From the NCBI RefSeq assembly GCF_001194135.2, contig NC_068981.1:43633525-43695591 (forward strand): a DNA stretch of 62,067 nt, in the 5' to 3' direction. This DNA is from Octopus bimaculoides. Its lineage: Eukaryota. This document shows, in pieces, positions 12,350-25,347 of the stretch; position 1 is the first letter of the stretch; each line of letters starts with the position of its first letter. The notes under the pieces are model-generated. The model was given only the letters and a program-made list of their open reading frames with translations. It searched no databases and was not told the origin of the DNA. Position numbers and translations under genes: made by a program.

Positions 12350-15074
12350 GGAATTAATAGGTTTAGATTAAATCCGTTTTGCAAGAAAAAACAGTAGAGT
12401 CAAACAAAAGTATTGAATTAGACTATAAAAAGTTAGAAACAAACAATCATTATTAACAAAACAATATATCACAATGTAGTCAACTGTTAAATACAGATCA
12501 GTAATTGAAGCAATCAAAGGAAAGCAATAAACTACTATGCCAAAATAGGATATGATTTAGCAAAACTAGATATGATCATGAGAAGACAACTGAATTACCC
12601 AATGAAAAGTGATATAAAACCAACATCTGTATTAGAAGAACAGGACATGATTATATAATCAACAAGCAGCACCAAAGCAACCACTGTACTGGCTAATGAA
12701 CAGAGATATTACAATAATAATTAAAGGATATGAATTTTTAAAATACTGTTATATTTGAGGATGGTCATATTTTGCCAATCAGACATAAGCACTTTATATT
12801 TGGTCTTCACTTCAGCTTTGTAATATTTTTTTGTCAAAATTCTTTCATCACGTATTCTGTGACCTCTTCAGCAGTTCTTTATTCCACATGTCACCTCTTA
12901 TTCAGCTTATTTTTTCTTTCTGTGGTGTGTAAAACATCATAACTCAGATATAGAATTGAAGTAAACAAATGAAACTAGAGCAAACAAAAACTTGGCAAAT
13001 GACACAATGGCATCCATACACATCAGCTAAAAACAATATTCATGCACAAGAGAATGAATCAGTTCCATTATGACTTTAATCTACCTGAAATGCCAAAAAC
13101 ACAACCAATCATTGAGGCCTGGAACTCAAGTCTTGAGAAAATCTAATATGAAGAAAGAGACTGGTAAACATACAGGTCAACTGTAAGTTTTTCTTGAAAC
13201 AGCCTGACAAGGACTGAGGACCATATATGTGGTTGGTGTAAGGTTCTAGTCACATGGCATGTAACAAGGTAGTGGAATAGAATGTTAGATAGCACCAGCA
13301 GAGAAATAAACATGCCTGGAGTGATTAGAACAATATCAAGTATGTAAAAGAAAAGTGATACATTGAAATGTACTTTGCAAAGGGCCAAGCCAAACCTAAT
13401 GAAAACAAAGGTATGAGATGCTTTGAACGTATTAAACAGAGTTTAAACATCATTAATTAGTATGGATAAAAGGATAATGGCACACTTGCATTCATTGACA
13501 TCAAAAACAGAAACGATAGAGATATACTATTAGAAGAGATTGTTGAATGAAGAGCATGTAAAGTAGAAAGAGGACCCATTTCAAGAAGACTTAAGGTATA
13601 AAATTGCCATCATCTGAAATTGGCAACTGAATGGTTGGAAAAGTGGTTAAGGATACGAAAATAGGATAGTAGTAGAATACCATGGATAGTCCTTCAATTG
13701 GTCAAAATCTATCTCATGTTATTTTTGTCTTTACCACATTATGTTGACATATGCCACTCTCCCTTAATCTTCTCCTGTTACTTTCTCTCTTGACCCATCA
13801 TGCTGCTCTTGTTCTTCTTGTCAATCTCCATACCATCAACCAGCACGTAGTTTCACAGCATATCCCAATTTCTTCTCTCCTATTTTCCTTATACCCTCTG
13901 CTCCCACCACTCTATTTCCTCATCATACATCATTGTACTCTTGTTCTCTGTTTGGAAACGGGTGCAATGGCTGTAAGTGCATTCCCTAAGATTTTTGATG
14001 CAGCAACGAAAATGCTTTTTCTCCCTGAAAAACTTCACTGGACCTGGGTTTTTGCCCCCTAAGCAAATTTCTTTACCCCAGTCATAGTCATTACTCTCCC
14101 CACTCTTGACCCACACTTTGAAGAAAGAGAGACAACATAGAGTAGAAAGATCTCTTTAATCTTAGAGAAGATGAGGCACGTGATCTAGTAGTGGTGCCAT
14201 AATGAAATGCATCCAGGACATTCTGCAAAGTGGATGGCGAAAGAACAGATACAATGTGGAGATAACTTCTTATTCTTAGCAAAAGTATTACAACTTCTTT
14301 AATACCAGTACCATGATAAAAAGCTCTAAATTATGCCTATAAAATGTCTGACATTAAAAAGAAATCCAGCCCTTCCAACTACACCAAAAGAGAACAAGTG
14401 AGTGAGATACAGTCCTCTGATTTATCAAGGAGAGCAGTAACTCCATGTAACTGAGTCTGGCTATGATGACTTGTGCAAGCCATGCCACCATGGAAAGAAG
14501 TCATCAAAATGATGGTAATGATAATGATGATGAAATGGAGAGAACGCTATATGAATCCTTTTCTACTGTGAGCATGTGCTTTATAATATATTCTGGCATT
14601 AATAGCTATCAAAATTGTATCATTTTGCAGACTAAAATATATGTATAACCAGAACGATAAAAAGAATTTTCCTTTTTGTGTTTGTGTTTGTGTGTGTTTT
14701 ATTTTGGTGGGACTCTGGGGTTCAATTGCAGGTTTGATCCTTGTCATAAAACTTTTGCTGTCTCTGTTTCTTTTATCCTCTTGTTATCATATTTCCATAA
14801 GAAACAATGCTAGTCTTATATCAGTTTAGACTTTTGTTGTATAATCTTTTACTCTTTAGTTTTAAGAGAGCTTGTTTTTATTTCTTATATTTGTCTTTAC
14901 TTCTATTGTGGTATATTGGCTTTATTTTATAGTTTATATCTATAAATTTTTTTATTTATTATTTCATCATATGACATTTACATCCTTTTGTATTGTGTAT
15001 GTGTGTGTGTGTCTGTGTGAGGTATTCATATATACGTGTATATATATATTTATATATGGCCTATGTTCAGTGTT

Positions 15075-16165
15075 GTGAGGACCAGAGAATTGAAGTATTC
15101 CACATTGCAAGACAGCGTGAGTGAGAAAATTATCATAGGAGAGAAATGTGTCTGCATGGATGATGTTGCTTTTGCTTTTAATGAGTCTGCAAGGAAAGAG
15201 GCTTGACGATGCCATTATGAAAGACTGATGAATGTGGAGGATGAATGGGAGGAGAAGAATCTGCCAAATGTTGACCCAGTTGAGGGACCAGCTACCTGAA
15301 TTGACAGTACCCAGGTAGATAAAGCAATTAAGGATAGGAATCACCCCTGAGATGCTTAAAATATATGGTGGTGTGGATTATGGTCTAGTCACCCATATTG
15401 TAAATCAGGTGGTTCATGAAGGAATCATACCCAATGACTGGTGTAGCAGCACCATAGTCAACTGCTACGAAGGTAAAGGTGATACCGTTGATAGAAATAA
15501 TTACTGAGGTATCAAATTGTTCGATCAGGTGATCTAAGTTATGGAGAGTGTCATAGCTCAACTAATTAGGGAGAGAGTTAGTCCAGATGAGATGCAGATT
15601 GGTTTTGTGCCAGGTAGAAGCACCACTGATGCTATATTTCAGGTAAGGCAACTGCAGGAGAAATACCTAGCCAAAAATAAACATCTGTATTTGACTTTTA
15701 TTGACTTGGAGAAAGCTTGCGGAAACTAGGTTCAGATGAGTGGTTGGTGAGCCCTCTAGAAGCCTTGTACAGTGACACTGCCAGTAAAGTATGGGTTAGC
15801 AATGAGTACAATGAAGAATTCAGGGTACAAATAGGGGTTCAGCAAGGATCGGTATTCAGCCTCCGCTTATTCATCATAGTCTACTAGGCAATAACAGAGG
15901 AATTCAAGACAGGCTGCCCTTGAGAGCTCCTCTATGCTGTTGACCTGTTCTTATAGCTGAATCACTACCTGAACTAGAGAAGAGGTTTCAGGTATGGCAG
16001 CAATATCTAACTAGAATCAAAGGGCCTTAGAGTTAACCTAGCAAAACCAAATTCATAGTAAGTAGGAAGGCAGAGAAAGCACAAATCCCTTCAGGTAGAT
16101 GGCCCTACTCAATCTGTAGAACAGGTGTGGGCAGTAACTCCATAAGATGCACCCTGAGTTGTAGT
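15075..16165 (+). mobile_element. RTE-clade LINE reverse transcriptase fragment, disrupted
   Basis: ORF 15541-15729 reads EMQIGFVPGRSTTDAIFQVRQLQEKYLAKNKHLYLTFIDLEKA. Upstream IPNDWCSSTIVNCYEGKGD; downstream GVQQGS, ELLYAVDL and GLRVNLAKT. Stops and an internal deletion after LEKA. Confidence 0.92.
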
Positions 16166-17419
16166 GAAAAAAAATGTTACAAAAGAAGGAAAATGCATAC
16201 AATTTACATACTTTCAATATATTTTGAAGGATAAAATGCTATTATAGTCTACCAGGTTTGCATATTGCTAATCATTAAAAATGGTGAAAATATTGTAATT
16301 TCATATCTGAAGGAGTTTTTGTTCATGTTTCTTGCATGAAATATTGTAAATGAACAGGTTTGTAGAGAAAAATTTAAGAAGTAATTGGTGATTGTTATTA
16401 TTAAAGATAGAGGAATTAATTGCATTTTTTTGTTTGGCTGTGGGGGCACTTTTTTCTAGGGTACACTTTTCTGGGATGAGAAATTTATAGTACTTATATT
16501 ATAAAGTTATAGGCTCATGAGTTAATGTAGTGAAATAAGATATGTACAGAGTTGGTTATGTGTTCATGAATTAAAATATTTACAAAAGACAAAATTGGTT
16601 ATGCATTCATATTCAGGCATGGTTTGTATTTTTCAATACATATAGTTTCCATCAATTACCTCTCACTAAATTTTTTTTACATGCTGGTTCATTTACAAAC
16701 GAACTCTCATACAAGAAACATGGACTAAAAACTTCTTCAGATAATATGAAATTGCAATATGTTCATCAATTGCAATGTCATGATTAGCAAAACACAAAAC
16801 CAGTAGACTATCATAATATTCTGTCCTTTAAAACATAGTAAGAATACATAAATTGTGTGCATTTTCCTTTTTTGTTAAATATTTTTTCACTATATATACA
16901 CATACATACATACACACACACAAACACACACACATACAAACATATATATAAGGAAAATTAGACAATGTAGAAAATGCTAAAATAGTTTTATCATGAAGAA
17001 CATTTTAGTACCGGTTTCAGTCACTGCAACTTTTTCAGCTTAGAGTAAAGCATGAAAAACAATTAAATTGTGGAGAAATTAAATTAAATGTATTTAAAAA
17101 ATATCTTCATAGTTTTTAAATACAAATATTCTTTTAGATCTGCTACTACCTACTATTAAGCCTTCACAAAAGTAAAAGATGAGAGAGAGAAAATGAAAAT
17201 GTCCTTTGCATTTGAAAACTATAGAAATATTTTTAAAAAAAACATTTCATTTGATTTTTCCACAATTTAATTGATTTTCATGCTTTTATTCTGAGTTGAA
17301 AAAGTCGCAAAGACTGAAACTGGTTCTAAAACGTTCTTTATGATAAAATTATTTTAGCATTTTCTATCTTGTTTTATTTTCCTTATACATATCAACTTGT
17401 GTGTTACTTTTCAACTTTC

Positions 17420-17450
<31 letters not shown>

Positions 17451-17479
17451 TACTTTGCAGGCACTTGAACATCTAATGT

Positions 17480-18100
17480 ATGGCACTCCGTGCACCATTA
17501 CAGGCAACGTTGATTTGATGGAAAGAGTGAACTCATGTACAATACTAATATTTTATCACTATAAACAAATCATCTGTGCAAGTTGTTTAGTAAGAAATTG
17601 TGGAATCATCTTTCTTGGACTTGAGAGACTATCAAAATGAAGAACATTATCTTACATTAGTGGTTGCTTTCATCTAATCATAAGATTGTCTAACAGACTT
17701 ATGACTTTAACCATCAAATTTTTTTCAACTTTAGAACAACTATATTTGTTGTTGATTTTACAGCTGTAGATGTGTTGTACTCCACCACCACTCACATGAT
17801 GACAGCAGGACAGTTTGAAGAGTATGTGACATATGCTGATGATCTGCAGTGTATACAACATTCCAATTTATGAGTAAATAGTGTTCGTGAATGATGACAC
17901 ATGACTGAAAGCTACAATGATGAGACGATTCTTAGAAGAGATCAACTGAACATTTTGGTGGTTGTATGCAATTATGGAATCATCCAAATTGGCAGTTGTC
18001 AAAAATTGTAGACAATCAAAGATCACAGAATTTATCAACTGGGTAAGAGTGCAATTTAAAATGTCATTGTTATGCAAACTACAAGTTTATCACTTGTTAA
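17480..18100 (+). mobile_element. Possible Tc1-like transposase relic
   Basis: Broken translation gives PPLT**QQDSLK (CpG-decayed PLTRR-like), IVFVNDDT and EHFGGCMQLW, loosely in Tc1 order. Weak. Confidence 0.25.
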
Positions 18101-18371
18101 GGCTTGTACAGGAAATGGGTATTTGAACTAACGAAAGCCACATCCTATTTTCAGAAAGAGTAAGAAATGATTTATTGGTTTCTTGTTAAGAGAACTGCTT
18201 GGAGATCATTTAACTATATCAGAAGATGGTGAACCAGTTGATTTGCAATAATTTTTCAATATAAAAAATTGAAAAAGTAAATTCAATTTTTGCTGATTAA
18301 AACTTTTCCCATATTAAAATAAAAATGAAAAGACTCAAACACACAGTACCCACATGTGCACGTGAGCACGC

Positions 18372-18375
18372 ACAC

Positions 18376-18420
<45 letters not shown>
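18372..18420. repeat. (CA)n microsatellite
   Basis: Direct dinucleotide run. Confidence 0.95.
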
Positions 18421-18421
<1 letters not shown>

Positions 18422-18786
18422 TTATTTCTTTGTTTGTTAATTTGTTTCTCTTCTATTCTTTATTCAGTCGTCAGACATTTTTACTCCTTTAAGTTTTACT
18501 AGACGAACCCAATAGTGCTTTGTAAAGTAAATAGCATTCAGATGTAGATTGCATGCCAAATCAGAAACAATGGAACACGACATAGTCCTCTTAATTCCCA
18601 AATACTCTCAAACAATTCAACACATGCCACCATGGAAAGAGAATATAAAATGTAGGAAATGATATATATATATTTGTGTGTGTGTGTGTGTGTGTGTTGT
18701 GAGTCTGTATGTATTTATGTGTGTATGTTGGTGTGTGTGTGTGTGTGTATAGTCAGTAAAGCATAAATCTGGAAAAGAATAAATCC

Positions 18787-20876
18787 ATGGAATGTCTTCA
18801 CCTTGGCTACTCCACTAAGACTATACCTATGCCATCTAATGAGCTGTACACTTGAATGCTACAAGAAAAGATGACGTAATAAGGCAAATGAGATGGAAAG
18901 CCTTCTAGCACGACCTAGCCATGCCATCCCCAGAGAGCAACACCTATGGAATCAAATCTAGGAAATACTCACACAAGATGAAGGATCTCAAGCCCTTCGA
19001 AGTGGACCTACTGGGCATCATTCCCAAGCTAAAATTCCATAAGTCTTCTCGCTCCTTCCAACAAAAGCTCCATGCTGACATTAGATTAATAAACAAATCT
19101 TGGACAGGTCCCTAACCTTTGCAGATAAGACTAAAAACCTATACAGGATAGACACCCCTTATTACGATAGGCTGCAAGAAAAAATATTACACAGAATTAT
19201 AGCATGCTTTCCCACATACATACAACAACAGCGAAGTCAAACAATTAGCCAACGATCTAGATATAGCTGATAGGGTAGAGATCTTAGCTAAAAGGAACGC
19301 CTTTATTACCATCAAAGATCATAAACCGAACTTTGCCTCAAACTCTAAATGCCACCTGATTAACCCGGCCAAATCCGAGATCGGTCAAGTGAGCAAGCAT
19401 ATATTGAGAAACATCAATAACGACATAAAGAGAGCCACCAAACGTTTCCTATGGCATGACACCAACGAGGTGATTGCATGGTTTTGATACCAACAAGGGG
19501 AGCGGTAGAGTAAGGTTCACCCTGCTTGACATAATCGATTTTTACTTGTTTATATCAAAATAGTTACTGGTCAAAGTGCTTCCCCTTGCTAGGGACGTTA
19601 GTGACAGAGATATAGACGTCATTATGCACGCCAGAAAAAGTGTTGTTCAGTAAAAGTTTGGCATGAGACTCTATATGCTAGCAGATTTAGGGACCACATC
19701 TCCTACGTGTTGGACCCCTACATCCATAGAAGGAAGCGCCACAGAAATATCATTTGGTTTGCCCTCCCTCTTCTCTCTTCATGTATAAACGTATATTCCT
19801 TAAGTTAATAGATAGACATTTCACACATAGGTATGAACGCATTTTTAACAGGCACAGCCATAGGGTCTCTATTAGTAGTGCCCTCAATATTAAGAGCATT
19901 CTAGTTAGCACCCCTAGACCATAAGCGATGGCAGGATGTTCATGCAGGAACCACAACAGATGCCCACTGAGAGACCACTGCAAAACCAAGGGAATCATCT
20001 ATGAAGCTGAGGTATGGACCGACCCTAATAGCAGCAACTTTCTCAGTGGCTACTACAGTAAGCAGGGACGATAGTACCAATAGAACCACCAGCAGCACAA
20101 TTGCCAATGATAACAACAATAACAATACCAACGACAACCATGGTAGTATCCCTAACAGCAGCAGAAACATCAAGTTTCTCCAATGGCTACTACAGTAGCA
20201 GGCTTAACAATTCCAACAGTAGCAGCAGCAGAGGCATGAACAGAACCAGTGGTAACACCATTGCGAGGGATAACAACAATAACAACAATAACAGCAACAA
20301 CAGCAATGGCAGTATCCCTAATAGAAATAACAGCAAAGACATTGCCAATGATATCTATGACAGTGACAGCGCCTCCATCAATGACAATGACCATAACAAC
20401 AACAACAACAACAACGGCAGTACCATTACCAACACTGGCAGTGACAGTACCAACAGCGCCAGCACCACCAACAGCAGTATCAACAACAACGGTAGCAACA
20501 ATGCCAACACCAACAGACATAACACTGCCAACACCCGACCACAGAGATACGTTGGCTGCTCCGAGAACACGTTCAAACAACGCCTCTCCAACTACAGATC
20601 CTCCTTCAGGATACTGGAAAGGAAATATGTTACATTAGCCAGCCATGTATGGCAGCTGGGAGATGATGGGATTCCATACACAATATTATAGAGAATCCTA
20701 GAAAATCCAGGATCCTACACAAATGGTATCAAGTGCTGTAAACTACGCAGAGTGGAACAAGCGAGGATCCTAAAGGATTCACCCAACCCAGGAAACATTC
20801 TTAACTCCAGAACAAAGCTCTTTGGACCGTGCTTGTATTTCAGGAATCATTTTCTCCCCCACATCAAACCCTTTTA
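18787..20876 (+). mobile_element. Penelope-like element (RT + GIY-YIG endonuclease), internally deleted pseudogene
   Basis: Translation from ATG 18787 across frameshifts: GYSTKTIPMPS, MRWKAF, FQQKLHADI, ADKTKNLY, FITIKDHKPNF, INPAKSEIGQVSK, LDIIDFY, RKRHRNIIWF, CSCRNHNRCPL-GIIYEA, YVGCSENTFKQR, LASHVWQL. These are typical PLE motifs. Confidence 0.9.
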
Positions 20877-20891
20877 AAGTATCAGCTTTAT

Positions 20892-21367
20892 TCATCATCA
20901 TCATCATCATCATCGTTTAACGTCCGTTTTCCATGCTAGCATGGGTTGGACGATTTGACTGAGGACTGGTGAAACCGGATGGCAACACCAGGCTCCAGTC
21001 TGATTTGGCAGAGTTTCTACAGCTGGATGCCCTTCCTAACGCCAACCACTCAGAGAGTGTAGTGGGTGCTTTTACGTGTCACCCGCACGAAAACGGCCAC
21101 GCTCGAAATGGTGTCTTTTATGTGCCACCCGCACAAGCCAGTCCAGGGGCACTGGCAACGATCTCGCTCGAAAATCCTACAGGAGCCAGTCAGGCGGTAC
21201 TGGCAACGGCCACGCTCAAAATGGTGCATCTCATGTGCCACCCGCACAAGAACCAGTCCAGGGGCACTGGCAACGATCTTACTTGGCTTGCCGGGTCTTC
21301 TCACGCACAGCCCATTTCCAAAGGTCTCGGTCCGTAGTCATCGCCTCGGTGAGGCCCAATGTACGAA
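20892..21367 (-). mobile_element. RTE LINE 3' end, young copy
   Basis: (CAT)n tail, UTR subrepeats and ORF C-terminus. About 99% identical to 35769-36190. Confidence 0.92.
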
Positions 21368-24300
21368 AATCTATTTAGTCCTGTTTTATTCGATAGTATC
21401 TTTCAAAATATCGTGGCTTATAAGGAAGTTCAGCAGTGATGACAATCAATAATTATCTACAACAAATACATAGGGAAAAAGGCATCAGGAAAGGACTATT
21501 TTGTTCGAGCAAAAAATTAACGTCTTATTTCGATTATCAACAATAGAAGTGAGAAGACGAAAGGGTAGAGTACTGAAAACGAAGTATGATTACAATAAGT
21601 TGTACAGGTTCATAGGCATTTCACACCTTGAACCTCTGACCTAATCCATGCAAACTCCACTTTCTATTCCCACAGGTACACACACACACACCATTGTATT
21701 GACATACGAAATATGTAGCTACAGACATCGGTATAATGTTGATACTATTATTGTTGTTGACAGTTGGATATACAAAAGTTGTTGAGATAGTAGTGGTGAA
21801 GTTATTAGTTATGTTGGTTTTTCTGTTAGTAATGATGATGTTGGTGAAAGTTTTAGCGATGGTGGTGATCATATTGTTCGTGTTAATTGTACTGTTGCTG
21901 TTTATTCTCAAATTAATCATAAGATTGAAGACATTTCATTCAACTTTTAAAATTCACAAGAGTACCAAATTATTTAATGTGATTGTCTTTAATTTAGATG
22001 GAGTTGCTTATCTTCTTCACACTACTGTTGCCATTGTTGTTCATTAAGTAGTTGGTGGACTGGTGATGGTGATTGATATATTTGTTTGGGTGTTGATGGT
22101 AGTGTTGTCGGGGGGCCAAACTTGATTTAAATTTGCATATATGAAATATATGAGACATACTTATTGTGACCTATGTAAATAAATACGCACACATATTCAC
22201 AATGTAAAATTTTCCCACATAACTTCTGCAAGTATTTATTTTGAGAGATACACCACCACTTGCATACATACTCGCATGCACACACACACACTCACACACA
22301 CACACACACACACAGATAAACAGACAGATGCACATACACACACACACGTATCATGATTATCTCACGACTATCATTTTCAAATTGTTAACTATACTTTGAT
22401 CTAAGATAAAATGTTGTGAAGCAGTCTTTAGGCTAGGAAGAAAGTCTAGTTTTGAATTTTAAAATCTGTTTTCATAAGAGTAAAATTGTAGACTATATCC
22501 CCAAATTAATGGTCATACTTTGCTTTCTGTGAGCACAAAATTCCTCAACATGAGATGATGTGATGTGTGGAATGCACATATATGCATTCATACAAACATA
22601 GGTAAATAGATGTAATGCATCCATAATTTTTACTTTTATTTATTAGCAGTAAAATTTTACCTCCTTTCTTTATATTTTTCCCTACATTTCCTTTCAATTA
22701 TTATCAGTGCAATGATATATTATAGAGCACACATTTTCTGTTATCGTCATTGTTCCCACTTATTTTCCTTTCTCCAGAGACCTGTATTATTGCCTGAGAA
22801 TGTCTCATGTTTGACTAAACAGATAATCTATTATATACAATCACTAACGAAAAATTCCTGTGGTGTGAAAAAATCTGTCACACAGTGGAAAGAGGATGAT
22901 GAAAGTATGATCAAGAGGAAAAGATAGGTAGATAGATAGATAAATAGAGAGAGAGAGAGAGATTCAAACGAACACTATTGGAACATGCACACATACACAC
23001 ACACACTTATGAACACTACTGGAGAACACATATGCACACATACCCCACCACACACAGATGACAATTAGCTGTATGTGTGTTTGTGTGTGTGTGTGTGAGA
23101 GAGAGAGTGGGGGCTGTGTATTTGTATGAGTGAATGTGGAAGGTATCATGTGATGAACAACAAAGCTGAAGTTGATAGGTAACAAAATGAATAGTGTTGA
23201 TTAAGAAATAAGATAAAATATGAGTAATGAAGATAGGCAAAATAGGCAAGAATATTTTTCAAAAGTCAGAATGAGAAATCAGGCTAGAAAAGTAGACATA
23301 ACTAAAGAGAAGAGAAAAGATTTCCTATAAAGTAATCAAAGGATTATGAAGGCAATAATAGGATATTATTATCAAATGGTGAGATGCTTATGGCTTATAT
23401 GGTACCACAACATTCCCATGGGTACTGCTTGTACTTTATTAATTTTTCAGGCTAAATTCATAATTTAACTGTTGTTTAAGTTGACCTTGTCATTTAGTAT
23501 TATGTCATATGGCATTCACATAATTTTATATATGTAAATAAGCTGGCCTTATCTTCCATTCTTTAAAAGTCAGGAATATAATGAGGCAAATTCCAATGGC
23601 ATGGTGTGAGTTTTGATTACCATGTTTGGTAATGTATTGGACATGTCTTTCCATAAATGTAACATACCTTCAACTACTACAAACGTAAGTTTAAAAAATG
23701 ACTACTCTGTGCAGTTTGTTCACTCCACACATCTCAAACAACAACACTGCTAAATTGAATATGTTATGAATAATTTCCCTGAAACAAAAATAAGCCCATA
23801 CATATAGATTGTGGATTACAGAATCAATATAATTAAAATAGCTTTGGGCAAGTGCCTTGTGGTATTTGTTTACTTTTTGAATTCAGATCATACCCATGTG
23901 AACTCTACATTCCAGCCATCTGTGGGTGATAAAATAATTTTCAATTGTCAAATATTTGGGTTTGATATAAATGACTGTGTCCTTGCATTCAGTAACCCAT
24001 TATAATTAGAGTCCAATATCTAAAAATGGTTAAAGGATTAAAAGAAAATATATATAATGGGAAAATATCAATATTTTAATGCAAGAGTCATCATCATCGT
24101 CATTGCCATGTCATCATTATCATCAACATTACCCTCATCATAATTTCACTATTACCAACATAGACATGGGGAACTCTGATAAAAAAAAAAGACAAAAATG
24201 AAAAGTATATTACTTTATACACAACCAAAAGTCTTGTGGTTCAATAGTTTTAGGCAGCAATGCTAGAATAATAAATGAAATTCAATGTATTGCTGAAAGT

Positions 24301-24591
24301 GGATATCTATTTCTTGACTGTCATCCATAATTTAGATGGCATGTTTGCCTGCTTACATAAAGGAATGCTGCCTTGAAGTTGTCACTCAACTGGGACTATT
24401 GGATGACAAATATGTTAAGAGATAAGTTTTATGAAAGCTGTTTCAATATGATTCTGTATCAACGGCAATGCAGTGAGACAAGCTCTATTTGGTTGATTCA
24501 TCTGCAGAAACTAACCACCAAATCTCTCTCAAATTAACTTCTACTGCATTTTAAAAGATGAAAATGCATTGAATAATGAATCTGGATTGGC

Positions 24592-24860
24592 TTTTGCGCA
24601 GGTAGCACATAAAATACACCATCTTGAGCATGGCCGTTGCCAGTACTGCCTGACTGGCCTTCGTGTGGGTGACACATAAAAGCACCCACTACACTCTCTG
24701 AGTGGTTGGCATTAGGAAGGGCATCCAGCCGTAGAAACTTTGCCAAATCAGATTGGAGCCTGGTGTAGCCATCTGGTTTCACCAGTCCTCAGTCAAATCG
24801 TCCAACCCATGCTAGCATAGAAAGTGGACGTTAAACGACGACGATGATGATGATGATGAT
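24592..24860 (+). mobile_element. RTE LINE 3' end
   Basis: Ends gaaagtggacgttaaacgacgacgatgatgatg. Confidence 0.9.
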
Positions 24861-24880
24861 ATATATATATATATATATAT

Positions 24881-25013
24881 ATCATCATCATCATCGTTTA
24901 ACGTCCGTTTTCCATGCTGGCATGAGTTGGATTGTTTGACTGGGGACTGGCAAGCCAGGAGGTCACACCAGGCTCCAATCTGATCTGGCAATGTTTATAC
25001 AGCCCGATGCCCT
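24881..25013 (-). mobile_element. RTE LINE 3' end, tail-to-tail with preceding copy
   Basis: atcatcatcatcatcgtttaacgtccgttttccatgctgg..., truncated after cgatgccctt. Confidence 0.9.
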
Positions 25014-25014
25014 T

Positions 25015-25347
25015 GGCTGCAGAGAACAGTAGCTACTATGAAAACAGTTGGTATATTATTGATTGTTGGTGTTGTTGTCTGACCACAACTAAGCCCTGAT
25101 TCAATAGACCTACAATCAAGTATTTCCTAGCCTTATTTGTCCTGTTTCTTTGTGACATAGAGCTTATGGATGATGATGATGGTGATTATATATATATAAC
25201 TCTATGTCACAAAGAAACAAGATAGGTAAGGCTAGAAAATGCTTGATCATAGGTCTAGTGAATCAGGGCTTACTTGTGGTCAAACAACAACACCAACAAT
25301 CAATAGTATACCAACTGCTTTCATAGTCGCTACTGTTCTCTGCAGTC
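25015..25347. repeat. Inverted repeat (fold-back), ~149-bp arms, ~35-bp spacer
   Basis: 25015-25163 matches the reverse complement of 25199-25347 without gaps, about 16 mismatches by eye. Confidence 0.93.

Noticed and set aside
17832-17843. YADD motif as an RT active site
   Set aside because: No other RT motifs surround it and the frame stops a few codons later.
20969-21337. Near-identical 122/125-aa ORFs here and at 35827-36204 as a duplicated gene
   Set aside because: They are antisense readings of the RTE 3' UTR, and the same peptide appears in every RTE tail copy.
22778-22927. Plus-strand exon after ttttcctttctccag (RPVLLPENV...KRKR*)
   Set aside because: The peptide is unrecognised, ends in a (GATA)n tract and has no partner exon.
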